Shown: positions 10,140-20,466 of the stretch, piece after piece
How positions within the stretch are numbered: position 1 is the stretch's first letter
Layout: each line of letters opens with the position of its first letter
Sequence record: NC_134264.1
Length of the DNA: 64,000 nt
Origin: Escherichia phage Lindwurm
Reading direction: 5' to 3' (one strand)
The notes under the pieces: generated by a model
What the model saw: the letters and a program-made list of their open reading frames with translations, nothing else
Told to the model about the DNA's origin: nothing
The model's database searches: none
Program-made: the position numbers and the translations under genes

Positions 10140-10415
10140 TTACTCCACTAGGCCAACAGCGAGCATATCATCGATGCTGGCAACCTCCCAATCGTCCGCA
10201 ATAGCTTCGCATACTGTTAATGCGACAACCTCGCTATACGGATAGTTACCAGCTACCCAAGTATGCTGAGTAACTACATCTGAGTCAGCATCTAGAGTTA
10301 GTAATACTAAGCCATTATTATCATTATCCCAGCTTCTACGATACAGAGTTTTTACTTCCCCATCTTTAAGCAAATCTGTTAGCTTACTCACGGCGTTTTC
10401 CTTTTTCTTTATCAA
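10140..10415 (-). CDS. hypothetical protein
   Basis: 91-aa ORF. Confidence 0.45.
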   Translation of the reverse strand: MIKKKENAVSKLTDLLKDGEVKTLYRRSWDNDNNGLVLLTLDADSDVVTQHTWVAGNYPYSEVVALTVCEAIADDWEVASIDDMLAVGLVE

Positions 10416-11088
10416 GTTTCAGGGCAGCCTTAACAGCTTCGTTAATCAACGTAATAATTTCTTCACGAGTCCACTTATATCCTAGAGATTTTACGTCAAC
10501 CCCTAGCTTTTCCAGATGTTTAACAGAAGCCAGCTCGTAATTCATATAATGAACGTTCTGTTGTTTGCCTTCTGATAGAAGCCATACACGGTAACAACCA
10601 ACAGGATTATCCATTGCTTTTTTGATTTCACCGATACACTGGTATCCAGGAACCCAAACAAGCTCACCAACTGCAAATTCTTCTGCTACAGCATCATCAG
10701 GAATAATTGGAGGATTCAATGGATCTACAATATCGTTCAAACGAAGCAGAGCACCGTATCGTTCCAGAACAGATTTAACCATTGCTACAGAGCGATAATT
10801 ACGATCGGCAATTTCTTCGAAAGAATCACCAGATAAATACTGCTCAATAACGTTAGCTAACTCAATGCCTTCAATAAGTGTGCCGCGTTTCTTTTTCTTC
10901 ATTTCGGCAACTTGAATCTGACGGTCTTGCCATTCTTCAATCATCCTTTCCATAGTTGGATTGGATGATACGCCGAGCATTTCACATGCTGCTTTCTTAG
11001 TACCACCGTTCTCCAGATGCTCTATAACCTTTTTAAAGACTTCATCGGGGATTTCATGGATATGTTTCTTTCTACGAGAACCAGCCAT
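10384..11088 (-). CDS. hypothetical protein (possible DNA-binding N-terminus)
   Basis: 234-aa ORF; basic N-terminus; downstream of promoter. Confidence 0.5.
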   Translation of the reverse strand: MAGSRRKKHIHEIPDEVFKKVIEHLENGGTKKAACEMLGVSSNPTMERMIEEWQDRQIQVAEMKKKKRGTLIEGIELANVIEQYLSGDSFEEIADRNYRSVAMVKSVLERYGALLRLNDIVDPLNPPIIPDDAVAEEFAVGELVWVPGYQCIGEIKKAMDNPVGCYRVWLLSEGKQQNVHYMNYELASVKHLEKLGVDVKSLGYKWTREEIITLINEAVKAALKLDKEKGKRRE

Positions 11089-11119
11089 ATTTAAACTCCT
11101 CTCTCAAATTTATGAATCT

Positions 11120-11148
11120 ATTATACAGAAATTTTTTCCTGAAAGCAA
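11120..11148 (-). promoter_or_regulatory. early-type promoter
   Basis: minus-strand TTGCTT-17-TATAAT then ATAAATTTGAGAGAGGAG. Confidence 0.5.
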
Positions 11149-11156
11149 ATAAATTT

Positions 11157-11615
11157 TTAATTTGGATAGAGTTCGGACTTAAAATTAGCCCTAACTTTTT
11201 TAGCCTCTTCTATAGTATTGCACTGCTGGTACTTACGAATAGATCCTTTCTGCATTAGCACACAATATTTATCGCCCCTCATGTAAATATTAGGCTCGCC
11301 CAACTTATTGTCTTTACGTACATTAATATTGTGCATTTGCTTAGATCTATTGGAGTCTTCTAGATTCTCTATAAAGTTGCAATCTTTAATCCTGTTTTTG
11401 TGATCTATCTCTTCTGGTATATATCCCTTATGGTATAAGAATACCAACTGATGCTCTCCCCAGTGCCTACGCTTAAACCCTATTCTTATATACCCTTTAT
11501 GTTTACCACCGGCAAACTTACCTACTAGACCCTTCTGTCTTGTTTTCTTCCATTTAAGGTGGCCTGTTTCAGGATCATACTCAAAAGCCTCTCTAACCTC
11601 TTCCTGTGTTATCAT
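11157..11615 (-). CDS. HNH homing endonuclease
   Basis: IDHKNRIKDCNFIENLEDSNRSKQMHN HNH motif. Confidence 0.7.
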   Translation of the reverse strand: MITQEEVREAFEYDPETGHLKWKKTRQKGLVGKFAGGKHKGYIRIGFKRRHWGEHQLVFLYHKGYIPEEIDHKNRIKDCNFIENLEDSNRSKQMHNINVRKDNKLGEPNIYMRGDKYCVLMQKGSIRKYQQCNTIEEAKKVRANFKSELYPN

Positions 11616-11853
11616 TTTCTTTAATCAATTCTCCCAATTCTCTATAGATTTGATCTAACTCAAAAGATATACGTAGTGATACACTTTGCTTTCTCTGCTT
11701 TAGCAACCATGCGCCTATGCCATTTATGGATGCTAGTCTAGCAGGAACCACCCTACATAGCTTCTCCGTAGTATCATAAACAGGAACTTTACGTTCTTTT
11801 ACTGGGAACTTCCTTGTTTCCCATTTTTTATTCTTCACTGTCATTTCTAGCAC
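11593..11853 (-). CDS. hypothetical protein
   Basis: 86-aa ORF overlapping neighbours. Confidence 0.35.
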   Translation of the reverse strand: MLEMTVKNKKWETRKFPVKERKVPVYDTTEKLCRVVPARLASINGIGAWLLKQRKQSVSLRISFELDQIYRELGELIKENDNTGRG

Positions 11854-14695
11854 CTAGCTCTGCCATTGCTTCATCATGCATATGTTTTTCCTCATCAGTC
11901 ATAAACTTATACGGGATTGGCATACACTCGATTTTACAATAGGTTCTGTACCAGTCTACAATATTCTCCGTGTTCATATCCTTACCAATACCCATCATAC
12001 CAAGATACATTCTTGCATATTTTGGGTTAGCACTCTGACCTGTTTTAAGGAAGAAATCTTTCTTCTTACCTTTCAGGGCTTCTATGAATGGTTTGATAGT
12101 GACATTTGAACACTTCTTAATATCTTCCCAGAACATCTCGTGCATTTTATGGAAGAATGCCGCTCGATCATTCGGTTTATCCTTGATATATTGTTCGACA
12201 TGCTCAACTGTTACATCTTTAATAGACTCAAGATGATAGTAGCGAACAAGAAGTAGTTTAGCTTCATACGCATCTGCATGGCGTGGAGCACAATAATCAG
12301 GAGTTGAATACAAAATAGCTTTGATTCGCTCTTCCGTATATTCCTTACCAGCACCTTCGATAGTTCCCCAGCTTTCACTGAAAATATCAATAGTTGCACC
12401 CTGATCAAGCAAGTAATAACGTAAAGTACTAGTATAGTTTCTAGATTCCAGCTCTCTACGACGTGCGTATAATTGCTGTGCTAACTCTAGCCAACCTTCA
12501 TCAATGTTATATTGCTCAGAACCTGCGGAGAATCCACTCGTAGATTTATCAATAAAATAATAAATGTTCTGAGCGCCGCGGTCGCGCCTGATTGCTTGAA
12601 AACGCATGTTTGGCGCTTGGTTGCTGGTTCTAGTAATAACGAATACGTTATCAAAGTAGTTGAAGTCAACGCCACTCGTTACGGATGGACTACATAATAA
12701 GCAATCAATTTGTTGGTCAATCAGCTCATTAGTTGTGTAATCCAGAATACGTCGAATATCTACATCGGATGTAGAATTTGAGTGGATTTCCTTAACTAAC
12801 GCACCCGTATTACGACGCAATGCCATGCCCTTCTCATTCAGTTCATCCGGTCCACAGTCAGATACTAGGATAGATTTCTCACCCATCTCTAGAGAGGTCT
12901 GAAGTGCAACCCAAATACTAGATTCATCAGGGAACTCATAAGCATGGGCTTTTGACAGCATTTTACGGTGATGATTATAAAATGCAACCGGTTTATCAAA
13001 CTCAATCAAAGAACCATATGCTTCAATTGTTTCTGCACTAATATCCCCATCAGATAATATAATGATTTTTGCAGTTGCAAGAATATCCCGAAGAACCTGA
13101 ATACATTCACGACGTTGTTTAACAACCGGGGCGAATAATAGGTCATTCATTACAGCATCACATTCATCGATAAAGATTGCATCAATTTGACCAATAAAAC
13201 TCTTGAACTTATGCAAAGAGTGAATAGTTGTGGACATACGGTCAATAGCACCACGCTTAAAATTAAGCATATCTACAGACTTATCATATTGCCCTGCACT
13301 AAATTTCTTAGCATTTGAAGATACCAGTGCTCGAGTATTGGTAATTGCTAAGAAATTACCTTTAATAACTCCTGAATCTAACCAACGCACAACCGCCGTA
13401 GTTTTACCTGTACCTAGACTTGCTTTTACAAAAGTCATATAACCTTCTGGTGGTACAGTATTTAATTTCAAGAAGTTATCAGTTTCTAGAGAATTAGTTT
13501 CTAGCTTTTTAAGTGGAATACCTTTTAAAACATCAGGTATATCGCGTTTAGAATTATTAACAAACGCTTTCAGAGCCTGTTTACGACCGTTATTAAAGTA
13601 ATCTTGAATATTACGACTATTATCTTTAGTTGCAATATATTCTGATAAGGCTGGACGGATTTCTTTTTCTAGCCATGCAAAATCAACACCATCCTCTAAA
13701 GCTCTGTGATAGAGTTTAGGAATAATACGTAGATACACTCCATCCTCAGCTTCTTCTAGTTCGCTGATAGTTTCCTCTACTTTATCAGAGGCAGCTTTTT
13801 TACCTTTAATTTGGTCGAGTAAAGAGTAAAACTCCTCCTTAAACTCACCTCTAGTTGTTTCATAGTCAACCAGATTATTGGGTAAATTTACTTTAGAACC
13901 CTTAACAAATACCAGACGTGAAGCACCCTCCGCTTTAAACGGATCTACTATACCATCGGTAAATAACGGATCTGCAAAATAATGGAGCTGTACGGAAGAG
14001 TAATAAGCTAAGTCGGCAATATCAAAGCCATACTTTTGTCTACTACTTTCGTTGATAGATGTAAATAAGAATTTGATTTGACCCTGAGTTACTTTAACAT
14101 TAGATTCTAGTATTAAGTGCATTCGGATACCTGGTTTTAGCCCAGCCGAAGACGATGCATGAGCGATAAACCCTGCATCAAGGGGAAACATGTCCTCACT
14201 AATACTATTTAACATTCTAATAATATGTCGAGCCATGCCAACAAGATCAAACTTGTTACAACCACCTGTATCTACAATACCATCCACATCCATTGCAATT
14301 ATATGACTTGGGTTAGATACATTAAAGTTGCCCTTCTTACGTCGCACATTATTTTTAGGTGCAAGACATCGACCTCGTACCGCAACGATATGAGGGTCAG
14401 ACGTTAAACGTCTCATAAGAGGAAGCATTTCTACTAGGGTTTGAGGATCAACTTCATCAATTACATCAAACTTGAAGGGCATTGAAGCTGGTTTACCTTC
14501 AGGATGCTTTGAAGAAAATCTTTTAGCAAAAAGATAGTCTTCTGCTTTAACTTCTCGCCAATTGCCTGTGGCTAAATCGCGATGAAATCCTGCATGACCT
14601 TGTAGGATTGAGAACACAACAATACTCCTGTGTTGGAAATGAAATAAGTTTTCTTTAGGACTATTCAGAAAGAATAGAACAACTGTTACTGTCAA
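11828..14695 (-). CDS. P-loop NTPase / helicase-like replication protein; true start uncertain
   Basis: Walker A SLGTGKTT and Walker B-like FIDECDA; N-terminal 70 aa look non-coding, so start may be an internal Met. Confidence 0.6.
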   Translation of the reverse strand: MTVTVVLFFLNSPKENLFHFQHRSIVVFSILQGHAGFHRDLATGNWREVKAEDYLFAKRFSSKHPEGKPASMPFKFDVIDEVDPQTLVEMLPLMRRLTSDPHIVAVRGRCLAPKNNVRRKKGNFNVSNPSHIIAMDVDGIVDTGGCNKFDLVGMARHIIRMLNSISEDMFPLDAGFIAHASSSAGLKPGIRMHLILESNVKVTQGQIKFLFTSINESSRQKYGFDIADLAYYSSVQLHYFADPLFTDGIVDPFKAEGASRLVFVKGSKVNLPNNLVDYETTRGEFKEEFYSLLDQIKGKKAASDKVEETISELEEAEDGVYLRIIPKLYHRALEDGVDFAWLEKEIRPALSEYIATKDNSRNIQDYFNNGRKQALKAFVNNSKRDIPDVLKGIPLKKLETNSLETDNFLKLNTVPPEGYMTFVKASLGTGKTTAVVRWLDSGVIKGNFLAITNTRALVSSNAKKFSAGQYDKSVDMLNFKRGAIDRMSTTIHSLHKFKSFIGQIDAIFIDECDAVMNDLLFAPVVKQRRECIQVLRDILATAKIIILSDGDISAETIEAYGSLIEFDKPVAFYNHHRKMLSKAHAYEFPDESSIWVALQTSLEMGEKSILVSDCGPDELNEKGMALRRNTGALVKEIHSNSTSDVDIRRILDYTTNELIDQQIDCLLCSPSVTSGVDFNYFDNVFVITRTSNQAPNMRFQAIRRDRGAQNIYYFIDKSTSGFSAGSEQYNIDEGWLELAQQLYARRRELESRNYTSTLRYYLLDQGATIDIFSESWGTIEGAGKEYTEERIKAILYSTPDYCAPRHADAYEAKLLLVRYYHLESIKDVTVEHVEQYIKDKPNDRAAFFHKMHEMFWEDIKKCSNVTIKPFIEALKGKKKDFFLKTGQSANPKYARMYLGMMGIGKDMNTENIVDWYRTYCKIECMPIPYKFMTDEEKHMHDEAMAELGARNDSEE

Positions 14696-15116
14696 TTTCT
14701 CAACAAATTAATTGCAAATACTGAAGTGGGGTGGCAACTTCCACTTTCACGCTGCGCTGCTGCTTTGCTATACCGCACAAATCCTTGAGGATGGCCGCTA
14801 AGCCAGATTTGCTCACCTAATGCTTCATATACTAGCTCATACTAGATGCAATATAACTTACAGAATCACGTCTCGGAGTTTTTCACTCCTCCCGTCTCAC
14901 TTCACAACCACCTCTATCTAGGTTGCTTCGAGGCCTTACCAGGGTTCCTACGGGACGCAGATCGCTAAGTATTCTATTAACTATTTGTTTAAAAACTAAC
15001 ACGTAACAGTTAAAACAACCCTTAATGGGGCAGCCTAACTGTTCCGTATCGCGGATTGTAAACAAGAAAAATTAGCAAAATCAATTTTTACTAATGTCTC
15101 TCAATTCAATATAAAT

Positions 15117-15145
15117 ATTATATCAAGATTTTGGGCATCCTGCAA
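15117..15145 (-). promoter_or_regulatory. promoter-like element
   Basis: minus-strand TTGCAG-17-TATAAT followed by ATTTATATTGAATTGAGAGAC. Confidence 0.4.
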
Positions 15146-15236
15146 GTAAAATTTTCCGGATGGTGCTATCATTGGTCTTGAGTACGGATAAAACCGAGCC
15201 AAAATGACTCGGTAATCAGAGTTCAGCTAATAAAAA

Positions 15237-15629
15237 TCATTCATCATTTAATCCCGGAACATAGATCCCAACACGGTTTAATTGTTCTTTAGCTTCTTTG
15301 AGAATATCTGGAGTGTACTCCCAAATATCATCTTCCACCTGTAAAAGATGGGGCGAACAACCATCATCCGGCACACGACATATGGCCAAACCACGTGGAT
15401 GGAACAAAGAGAAGTTTAGGGCAACAATCAAGCCCATAGCAGACAATTCATTCCAATCCAATTCCCATTCCCCCGCGTAGCCGGATAGGAAAACACCAAC
15501 ACAGGGATCATCTGTTTGCTGCTCAGGAAAAGTGAAGGAGGCTTGTCTTACCCCCAACCAACGTTGTAGCAGCTTCTCCGCACGTTTCACCAAACTAGGG
15601 TCAATCTGACGCCAATATACTTGTTCCAT
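15237..15629 (-). CDS. hypothetical protein, paralog A
   Basis: 130 aa; shares W.ELDxMGL.xALN..LF.P and C-terminal G.Y.PGL with the adjacent ORF. Confidence 0.5.
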   Translation of the reverse strand: MEQVYWRQIDPSLVKRAEKLLQRWLGVRQASFTFPEQQTDDPCVGVFLSGYAGEWELDWNELSAMGLIVALNFSLFHPRGLAICRVPDDGCSPHLLQVEDDIWEYTPDILKEAKEQLNRVGIYVPGLNDE

Positions 15630-15638
15630 TATGCCTCC

Positions 15639-16067
15639 TTAGGCAGTTAAACCTGGGATCATATACCCGAAACGTCGAAGTTTCTGAATCCCCTCATTTA
15701 CTTCTTCCGGTGAGTAAGACCAACCATAACGTTCATTAATCTGAAAACCAGGAGATTCACTAGTTTTATAGTTAACAACTAGGCGATGCTTAGCAGGCAT
15801 AAACAGCTTATAGTTTAACGCAAAAACTAAGCCCATTTCGTCTAACTCTTTCCAGCCCACAATCTCTTCAAGATCCTCCTCTACCTGAACAATTAAACCA
15901 ATACAGGGAGCCTCATCAATATCATCTTTAAAAGCAAAGGAGATTTCGTTATTCTCACACCATATTTTCAAAGAGTTAATAGCCTCATTATACAGGCTAG
16001 CCGGGAGAGTACGCCAAAAGTTAACTAAAATTGGGTTAGCTTCTTTAGAGAATACATTATTGAACAT
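15639..16067 (-). CDS. hypothetical protein, paralog B
   Basis: 142 aa; tandem paralog of 15237..15629. Confidence 0.5.
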   Translation of the reverse strand: MFNNVFSKEANPILVNFWRTLPASLYNEAINSLKIWCENNEISFAFKDDIDEAPCIGLIVQVEEDLEEIVGWKELDEMGLVFALNYKLFMPAKHRLVVNYKTSESPGFQINERYGWSYSPEEVNEGIQKLRRFGYMIPGLTA

Positions 16068-16069
16068 AT

Positions 16070-16582
16070 TTACACCTTAAATTGTTGCAAGGATTTACAC
16101 ATTTCAAGATTTGGGCTAAATTCTAGCATATAGCTAACAGCTTTTAAATCTTGAAGATTTATCCCAGTCCTACCGTTGACTATAACCGTTGGATACTGAT
16201 ACATCATAGCACCCGCATCATCAAGCACACACCAATGTTTGAGCTTATGCTTTTCAACGAAGCGAAGAACAGAATTACCCCTAGATAATCCACCCCCAGT
16301 AAAATCCGTTGTACCAAGAAAACGATCGATAAGACCTAATCCGGTCATAATCTGAATGTTCTCCATCTCATTTCTGACAGAGAACCAAGATGATACTCCA
16401 ACAATCATTATTGGAGAAGGACGAATAAAGTCCTGAAAAGCCTTGAGAAGCGGTTTGAAAACCCAATCACTTCCAAAGAAAATCTTTTCATCATCAGGCG
16501 CATGATATTGGGAGATGCTCGAATTGAGCACCCCATCAATGTCTAGAAAAATAATTGGAGTATTACTTATTTCCTGACACAT
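16070..16582 (-). CDS. HAD-like hydrolase/phosphatase
   Basis: N-terminal IFLDIDGVLN (HAD motif I DxDG). Confidence 0.5.
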   Translation of the reverse strand: MCQEISNTPIIFLDIDGVLNSSISQYHAPDDEKIFFGSDWVFKPLLKAFQDFIRPSPIMIVGVSSWFSVRNEMENIQIMTGLGLIDRFLGTTDFTGGGLSRGNSVLRFVEKHKLKHWCVLDDAGAMMYQYPTVIVNGRTGINLQDLKAVSYMLEFSPNLEMCKSLQQFKV

Positions 16583-17378
16583 AAGGTCTACCCTCTAAAT
16601 GAGCTTCTACACGAGCAATAAAATCAGGATCACTGAAAGCATCTACCGCACCTTTACTCCAGTAAGGGATACCGCGTTCTTCCAGCTGGTACATCTCACT
16701 ACGAGTCATACCTTGATAGCTCGGTTCCGCCGCTAGGGCACTATCATAGTAGTTAACAACCATTAGCTTGGCAGCAGTCAAATTAAGAACAGGAAATAAT
16801 TCCCAGTAGAAGTTAATTACTTGGTTAGAGCAACCAACCACAACGATCATATCTTGACTGGTAATACCATCAAAAACATTGTACATTTCTGCGTACGCTG
16901 GAGCATGCTCCCCAAAAAAGATTACATTAGGTTTAACCCATTTATAATCGTCTGGATCAATAGAATTGTACCCTACATCAATAATCCGTTTATTGCTACT
17001 ATTGTAGCTATCAGCTACAACAACCTCTTTTAAATATCCGTGAATGTGCAGAATGTCACTATGTGGAACGCCAGCACGCTCAATAAGGTCATCAACGTTG
17101 GTAGTCAAGTTTACTACTTGGCCTGGATATTGTTTATACCATTCACCAATACGCAAATGCGCAAGATTGGGTTCAACAGTTTTTAGCTCTTCACGACGCT
17201 TGTTGTAAAACATATGGGTTTTATGATAAAAATTACCACGAAAGGCATGAATATTACATACCTCTTCTAGATCATAATCATCCCACAATGCTTTACCGCT
17301 AGCAGTATCAGTACGAAAAGCTCGTACACCACTTTCAACACTCAAACCTGCACCACTAATAATAATTAATCTACGCAT
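16563..17378 (-). CDS. Sir2-family (sirtuin-like) NAD-dependent protein
   Basis: GAGLSVESGVRAFR Rossmann/NAD motif, TTNVDDL, HIHG. Confidence 0.65.
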   Translation of the reverse strand: MRRLIIISGAGLSVESGVRAFRTDTASGKALWDDYDLEEVCNIHAFRGNFYHKTHMFYNKRREELKTVEPNLAHLRIGEWYKQYPGQVVNLTTNVDDLIERAGVPHSDILHIHGYLKEVVVADSYNSSNKRIIDVGYNSIDPDDYKWVKPNVIFFGEHAPAYAEMYNVFDGITSQDMIVVVGCSNQVINFYWELFPVLNLTAAKLMVVNYYDSALAAEPSYQGMTRSEMYQLEERGIPYWSKGAVDAFSDPDFIARVEAHLEGRPYVSGNK

Positions 17379-17592
17379 TTTTCACCTGTTCTCTGAAGTT
17401 TTGCCCAATACTGTCTAATAGCTCAGCTAATTCTTTATTGCCTTTCTCCATTAAGGTATTAGCAATAACTTCTAGCATAGTAGCACAGGATTCAACACCA
17501 TCCTTATAGCCAGTTTCCCACTGCTGCATTAATGCGTTTTCCAAAGCGTCGTTTAAACCCTTATCTGGTAGCATCGGCTTCGAGAATGCCAT
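17371..17592 (-). CDS. hypothetical protein
   Basis: 73-aa ORF. Confidence 0.4.
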   Translation of the reverse strand: MAFSKPMLPDKGLNDALENALMQQWETGYKDGVESCATMLEVIANTLMEKGNKELAELLDSIGQNFREQVKNA

Positions 17593-17785
17593 AAAGTTTC
17601 TCCTCTAGTTCCATAACACGATTTTCATAAGAGGCACGCAACTTTTCAATTGCCAGCGCACGCACTGTAACCTCATTAGAATTAATAGCTAATTGGGCCA
17701 GATCTTCTGTTTCCATACGTCCGTTGTAAATTAAGCGATATTTAAGGTGTTTCACATTCTTAGTCATTATTAAACTCCACTGCAA
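17561..17785 (-). CDS. hypothetical protein
   Basis: 74-aa ORF; start may be internal. Confidence 0.35.
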   Translation of the reverse strand: MQWSLIMTKNVKHLKYRLIYNGRMETEDLAQLAINSNEVTVRALAIEKLRASYENRVMELEEKLYGILEADATR

Positions 17786-18140
17786 CTGTTTCTAGGTCTT
17801 CATCAGAAAAATTAGAGTATACATCTTTAAGGTATTGTTTAATGTCTTCAGTAATATCTTCGTATCCCTCAGGAATACGTTGGTATACTTTTAGTACTCT
17901 ATTATAAACAAATTCAATATCATACTTTATTTCACCCTCATCCTCGTCAAACAAGCAATCTGAGTTATACGGTGATACATCTAGATTTGTTTCTACCCAA
18001 TCACCAATAATTGATGGATATCCAATACCCTCTAGATGGGAATAATCTCCAGTAGATGCAAAAATAGCTTCTCTAAGATCGTCTACGCCAAGATGGAAAC
18101 CACCACATGTAGACTCAACTATATAGGGCTTTAATTCCAT
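17760..18140 (-). CDS. hypothetical acidic protein
   Basis: 126-aa ORF downstream of promoter. Confidence 0.5.
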   Translation of the reverse strand: MELKPYIVESTCGGFHLGVDDLREAIFASTGDYSHLEGIGYPSIIGDWVETNLDVSPYNSDCLFDEDEGEIKYDIEFVYNRVLKVYQRIPEGYEDITEDIKQYLKDVYSNFSDEDLETVAVEFNND

Positions 18141-18169
18141 ACCTTTCTCCTCTCAAATTTATAAATCTA

Positions 18170-18197
18170 TTATATATAAATTTTTGGCTGAAAGCAA
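18170..18197 (-). promoter_or_regulatory. early-type promoter
   Basis: minus-strand TTGCTT-16-TATAAT then ATTTATAAATTTGAGAGGAG. Confidence 0.45.
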
Positions 18198-18199
18198 AT

Positions 18200-18236
18200 A
18201 AAATAAAAGCCAGGTCGACTAGCAACCCGGCTGATT
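18200..18236 (-). terminator. hairpin terminator after nrdD
   Basis: AGCCGGG...CCTGGCT stem followed by TTTTATTTT on minus strand. Confidence 0.45.
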
Positions 18237-18239
18237 AGC

Positions 18240-20114
18240 TTATTTAGCTCGAATATCCTGATGTTTCACTCTGCCCATCACCTCGTGCTGTTTACCGGGG
18301 TTAAATGGACGAGCACCCGGATTTCCAAGATACCCACAAACTCGACGAGTTACTTCAAGAGTTTCGGGGTCATGATTACCACAGATAGGGCACTTAAATC
18401 CATCTTCGGATGCTATTGTTTCACCTAAGAATCCACATTTACCACAAGAATCCACCGGAGTATTAATACCGAAGTAATGAACCTTACTAGCAGCATAATT
18501 AATAACCCATTCCAATGCATCTGGGAATCGTTTCATATCCGGTAATTCTACATAGGAAATACACCCACCAGAAGCAATCGGAGTAAAGTTAGATTCATAA
18601 TCAAATTTGACGTTAGGAGCAACTTTACGTTCCACATCAAGGTGGTGAGAGTTAGTGTAGTATCCTTTGGACAGAATATCTTCATGCTCCGGGAAATATT
18701 CACGGTCTAGACGACAAAAACGGTCACATAGGGATTCTGATGGTGTAGCATACAGGCTATAACCTAACTTAGTCTCTTCCTTCTTTTGATCGACCCTATC
18801 TCGCATGTACTGCAATACACGCTGAACAAACTTGATGCAGGTCTCGGACATTGTATCTACATCTTTGCCAAACATGAACTGTAGCATTTCATGGCAACCA
18901 ATATACCCTAGAGATACAGAAGCACGGTTATAGAAATGATCGAATACATATTCATCAGGCCCCAAGCGTAACCCAAAGGCTCCTGACATATAGAGGATGG
19001 GTGCAGCTTTAGCTTGAATGTATTTTAAGCGATCAACTCTCCACTCCAACGCTTTTAATGCTGTATCCACACGTAGCTCAAGCAAATCAAAGAATAGGTC
19101 AATATTTCCCTCAGCTTCGATAGCAATTCTAGGCAAGTTTACAGAAACAACACCTAAGTTATTACGACCGGCAGTTTCACCATCTTCTGTAGCAGCTAGG
19201 AATGAACGACAGCCCATAGAAACTTTATAGTCTCCAGTAACTTCTACAACCTTGTCATAACTGATATAATCTGGATACATACGTTCAGCAGTACATTTCA
19301 TAGCTAATTTCTTGATGTCATAATTAACATCTCCTGGTTTCATATTTACGCCATCACGAAGTACAAATACCAGTTTCGGGAAGATAGCTGTACGTTTATT
19401 GATACCTAAACCATCCATGCGTACTTTCAGTATTGCCCTCTGTACTAGACGTGCTTCCCAAGAAGTTCCTAGACCAAAACCAAAGGTAATAAATGGACTC
19501 TGACCATTAGAGTTGAACATGGTATTGATTTCATATTCTAAACCCTGACAAGCGTCATAGACTTCTTTTTCAGTCATCTCCGTAGCCATTACGGATGCTT
19601 TGGCTTCATCCTTAGTCCAACGTTTTGCAAACGCATGATTTTTATCATAGGATTTACGAACATAAGGGGCTAATACTTCATCAAGGCGATCTACAGAAGT
19701 ACCACCATACTGATGGGAGCTAACCTGAGTGATAATCTGAGCAGTAATAGCCGCCGCAGTAGTAATAGAGTTTGGAGTGCTAATTTCAGCATTACCAACC
19801 TTCATACCATTCTTCAACATATCTTCCAGAGCTACCAGACAACAGTTAGTCATGCCTAATGCAGCATAATCAGCATCATGGAAATGAATATCCCCAATCA
19901 TATGAGCATTTCGAATCTGAATTGGCATTTCTTCTAGAATCAGATACTTACTCAATTCACCTGCAAGCATATCCCTTTGTGTAGGGAAACGTTCTGAGGG
20001 TTTATTGGCATTATTAAATAGCAGCTCTTCATCTGCTGACCCTTCGATAATCTCTTTGCAGTTTCTAATTAACGCCTGCATTTCTTTATATTTTAGTTCT
20101 TCGTTACGATTCAT
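18240..20114 (-). CDS. nrdD: anaerobic ribonucleoside-triphosphate reductase (class III)
   Basis: 624 aa; C-terminal glycyl radical motif RVCGYLG; Zn ribbon CGKCGF...CPICG; GAAGGAGG RBS. Confidence 0.9.
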   Translation of the reverse strand: MNRNEELKYKEMQALIRNCKEIIEGSADEELLFNNANKPSERFPTQRDMLAGELSKYLILEEMPIQIRNAHMIGDIHFHDADYAALGMTNCCLVALEDMLKNGMKVGNAEISTPNSITTAAAITAQIITQVSSHQYGGTSVDRLDEVLAPYVRKSYDKNHAFAKRWTKDEAKASVMATEMTEKEVYDACQGLEYEINTMFNSNGQSPFITFGFGLGTSWEARLVQRAILKVRMDGLGINKRTAIFPKLVFVLRDGVNMKPGDVNYDIKKLAMKCTAERMYPDYISYDKVVEVTGDYKVSMGCRSFLAATEDGETAGRNNLGVVSVNLPRIAIEAEGNIDLFFDLLELRVDTALKALEWRVDRLKYIQAKAAPILYMSGAFGLRLGPDEYVFDHFYNRASVSLGYIGCHEMLQFMFGKDVDTMSETCIKFVQRVLQYMRDRVDQKKEETKLGYSLYATPSESLCDRFCRLDREYFPEHEDILSKGYYTNSHHLDVERKVAPNVKFDYESNFTPIASGGCISYVELPDMKRFPDALEWVINYAASKVHYFGINTPVDSCGKCGFLGETIASEDGFKCPICGNHDPETLEVTRRVCGYLGNPGARPFNPGKQHEVMGRVKHQDIRAK

Positions 20115-20143
20115 TACACCCTCCTTCTCTAACTAAGACTACT

Positions 20144-20172
20144 ATTATAACTCATTCGAGGGCGGATGTCAA
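20144..20172 (-). promoter_or_regulatory. consensus sigma70 promoter for nrdD
   Basis: minus-strand TTGACA-17-TATAAT. Confidence 0.6.
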
Positions 20173-20223
20173 CAATATTTTACTATAAAGTTCTGTAACA
20201 TGATCTGAGTCAAAAAATTTTAT

Positions 20224-20252
20224 TTGCCAACCTCTATTAAAAATTGTATAAT
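20224..20252 (+). promoter_or_regulatory. early-type promoter
   Basis: TTGCCA-17-TATAAT with TG extended -10 and A/T-rich upstream. Confidence 0.55.
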
Positions 20253-20364
20253 CACGCACTCGTGTATGCGATATAAAATGATTATCTAGTATCACACATC
20301 TCCCGTTAAAAGCAAGCAAATTTTTTATTTAAATGCAATATCATAGGCTTATTTAAAATTGTAG

Positions 20365-20393
20365 TTGCTTTTTACTGTATATATTGGTATAAT
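20365..20393 (+). promoter_or_regulatory. early-type promoter
   Basis: TTGCTT-17-TATAAT. Confidence 0.6.
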
Positions 20394-20466
20394 ATATTTG
20401 TAAGTTGATAAACAAGATCTTTTTGTTGATCCTCTGTTAGCGAAGTACACTATAGGAGTGTTATTT

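Noticed and set aside
14883-15065. 60-aa minus-strand ORF downstream of promoter-like element
   Set aside because: Cys/Arg-rich odd composition, no clear RBS; left as part of the non-coding interval finding.
20265-20340. Imperfect palindrome CACGCACTCGTG / ATGCGATAT between divergent promoters as an NrdR box
   Set aside because: Does not match the NrdR box consensus as I recall it and symmetry is poor; not reported as a feature.
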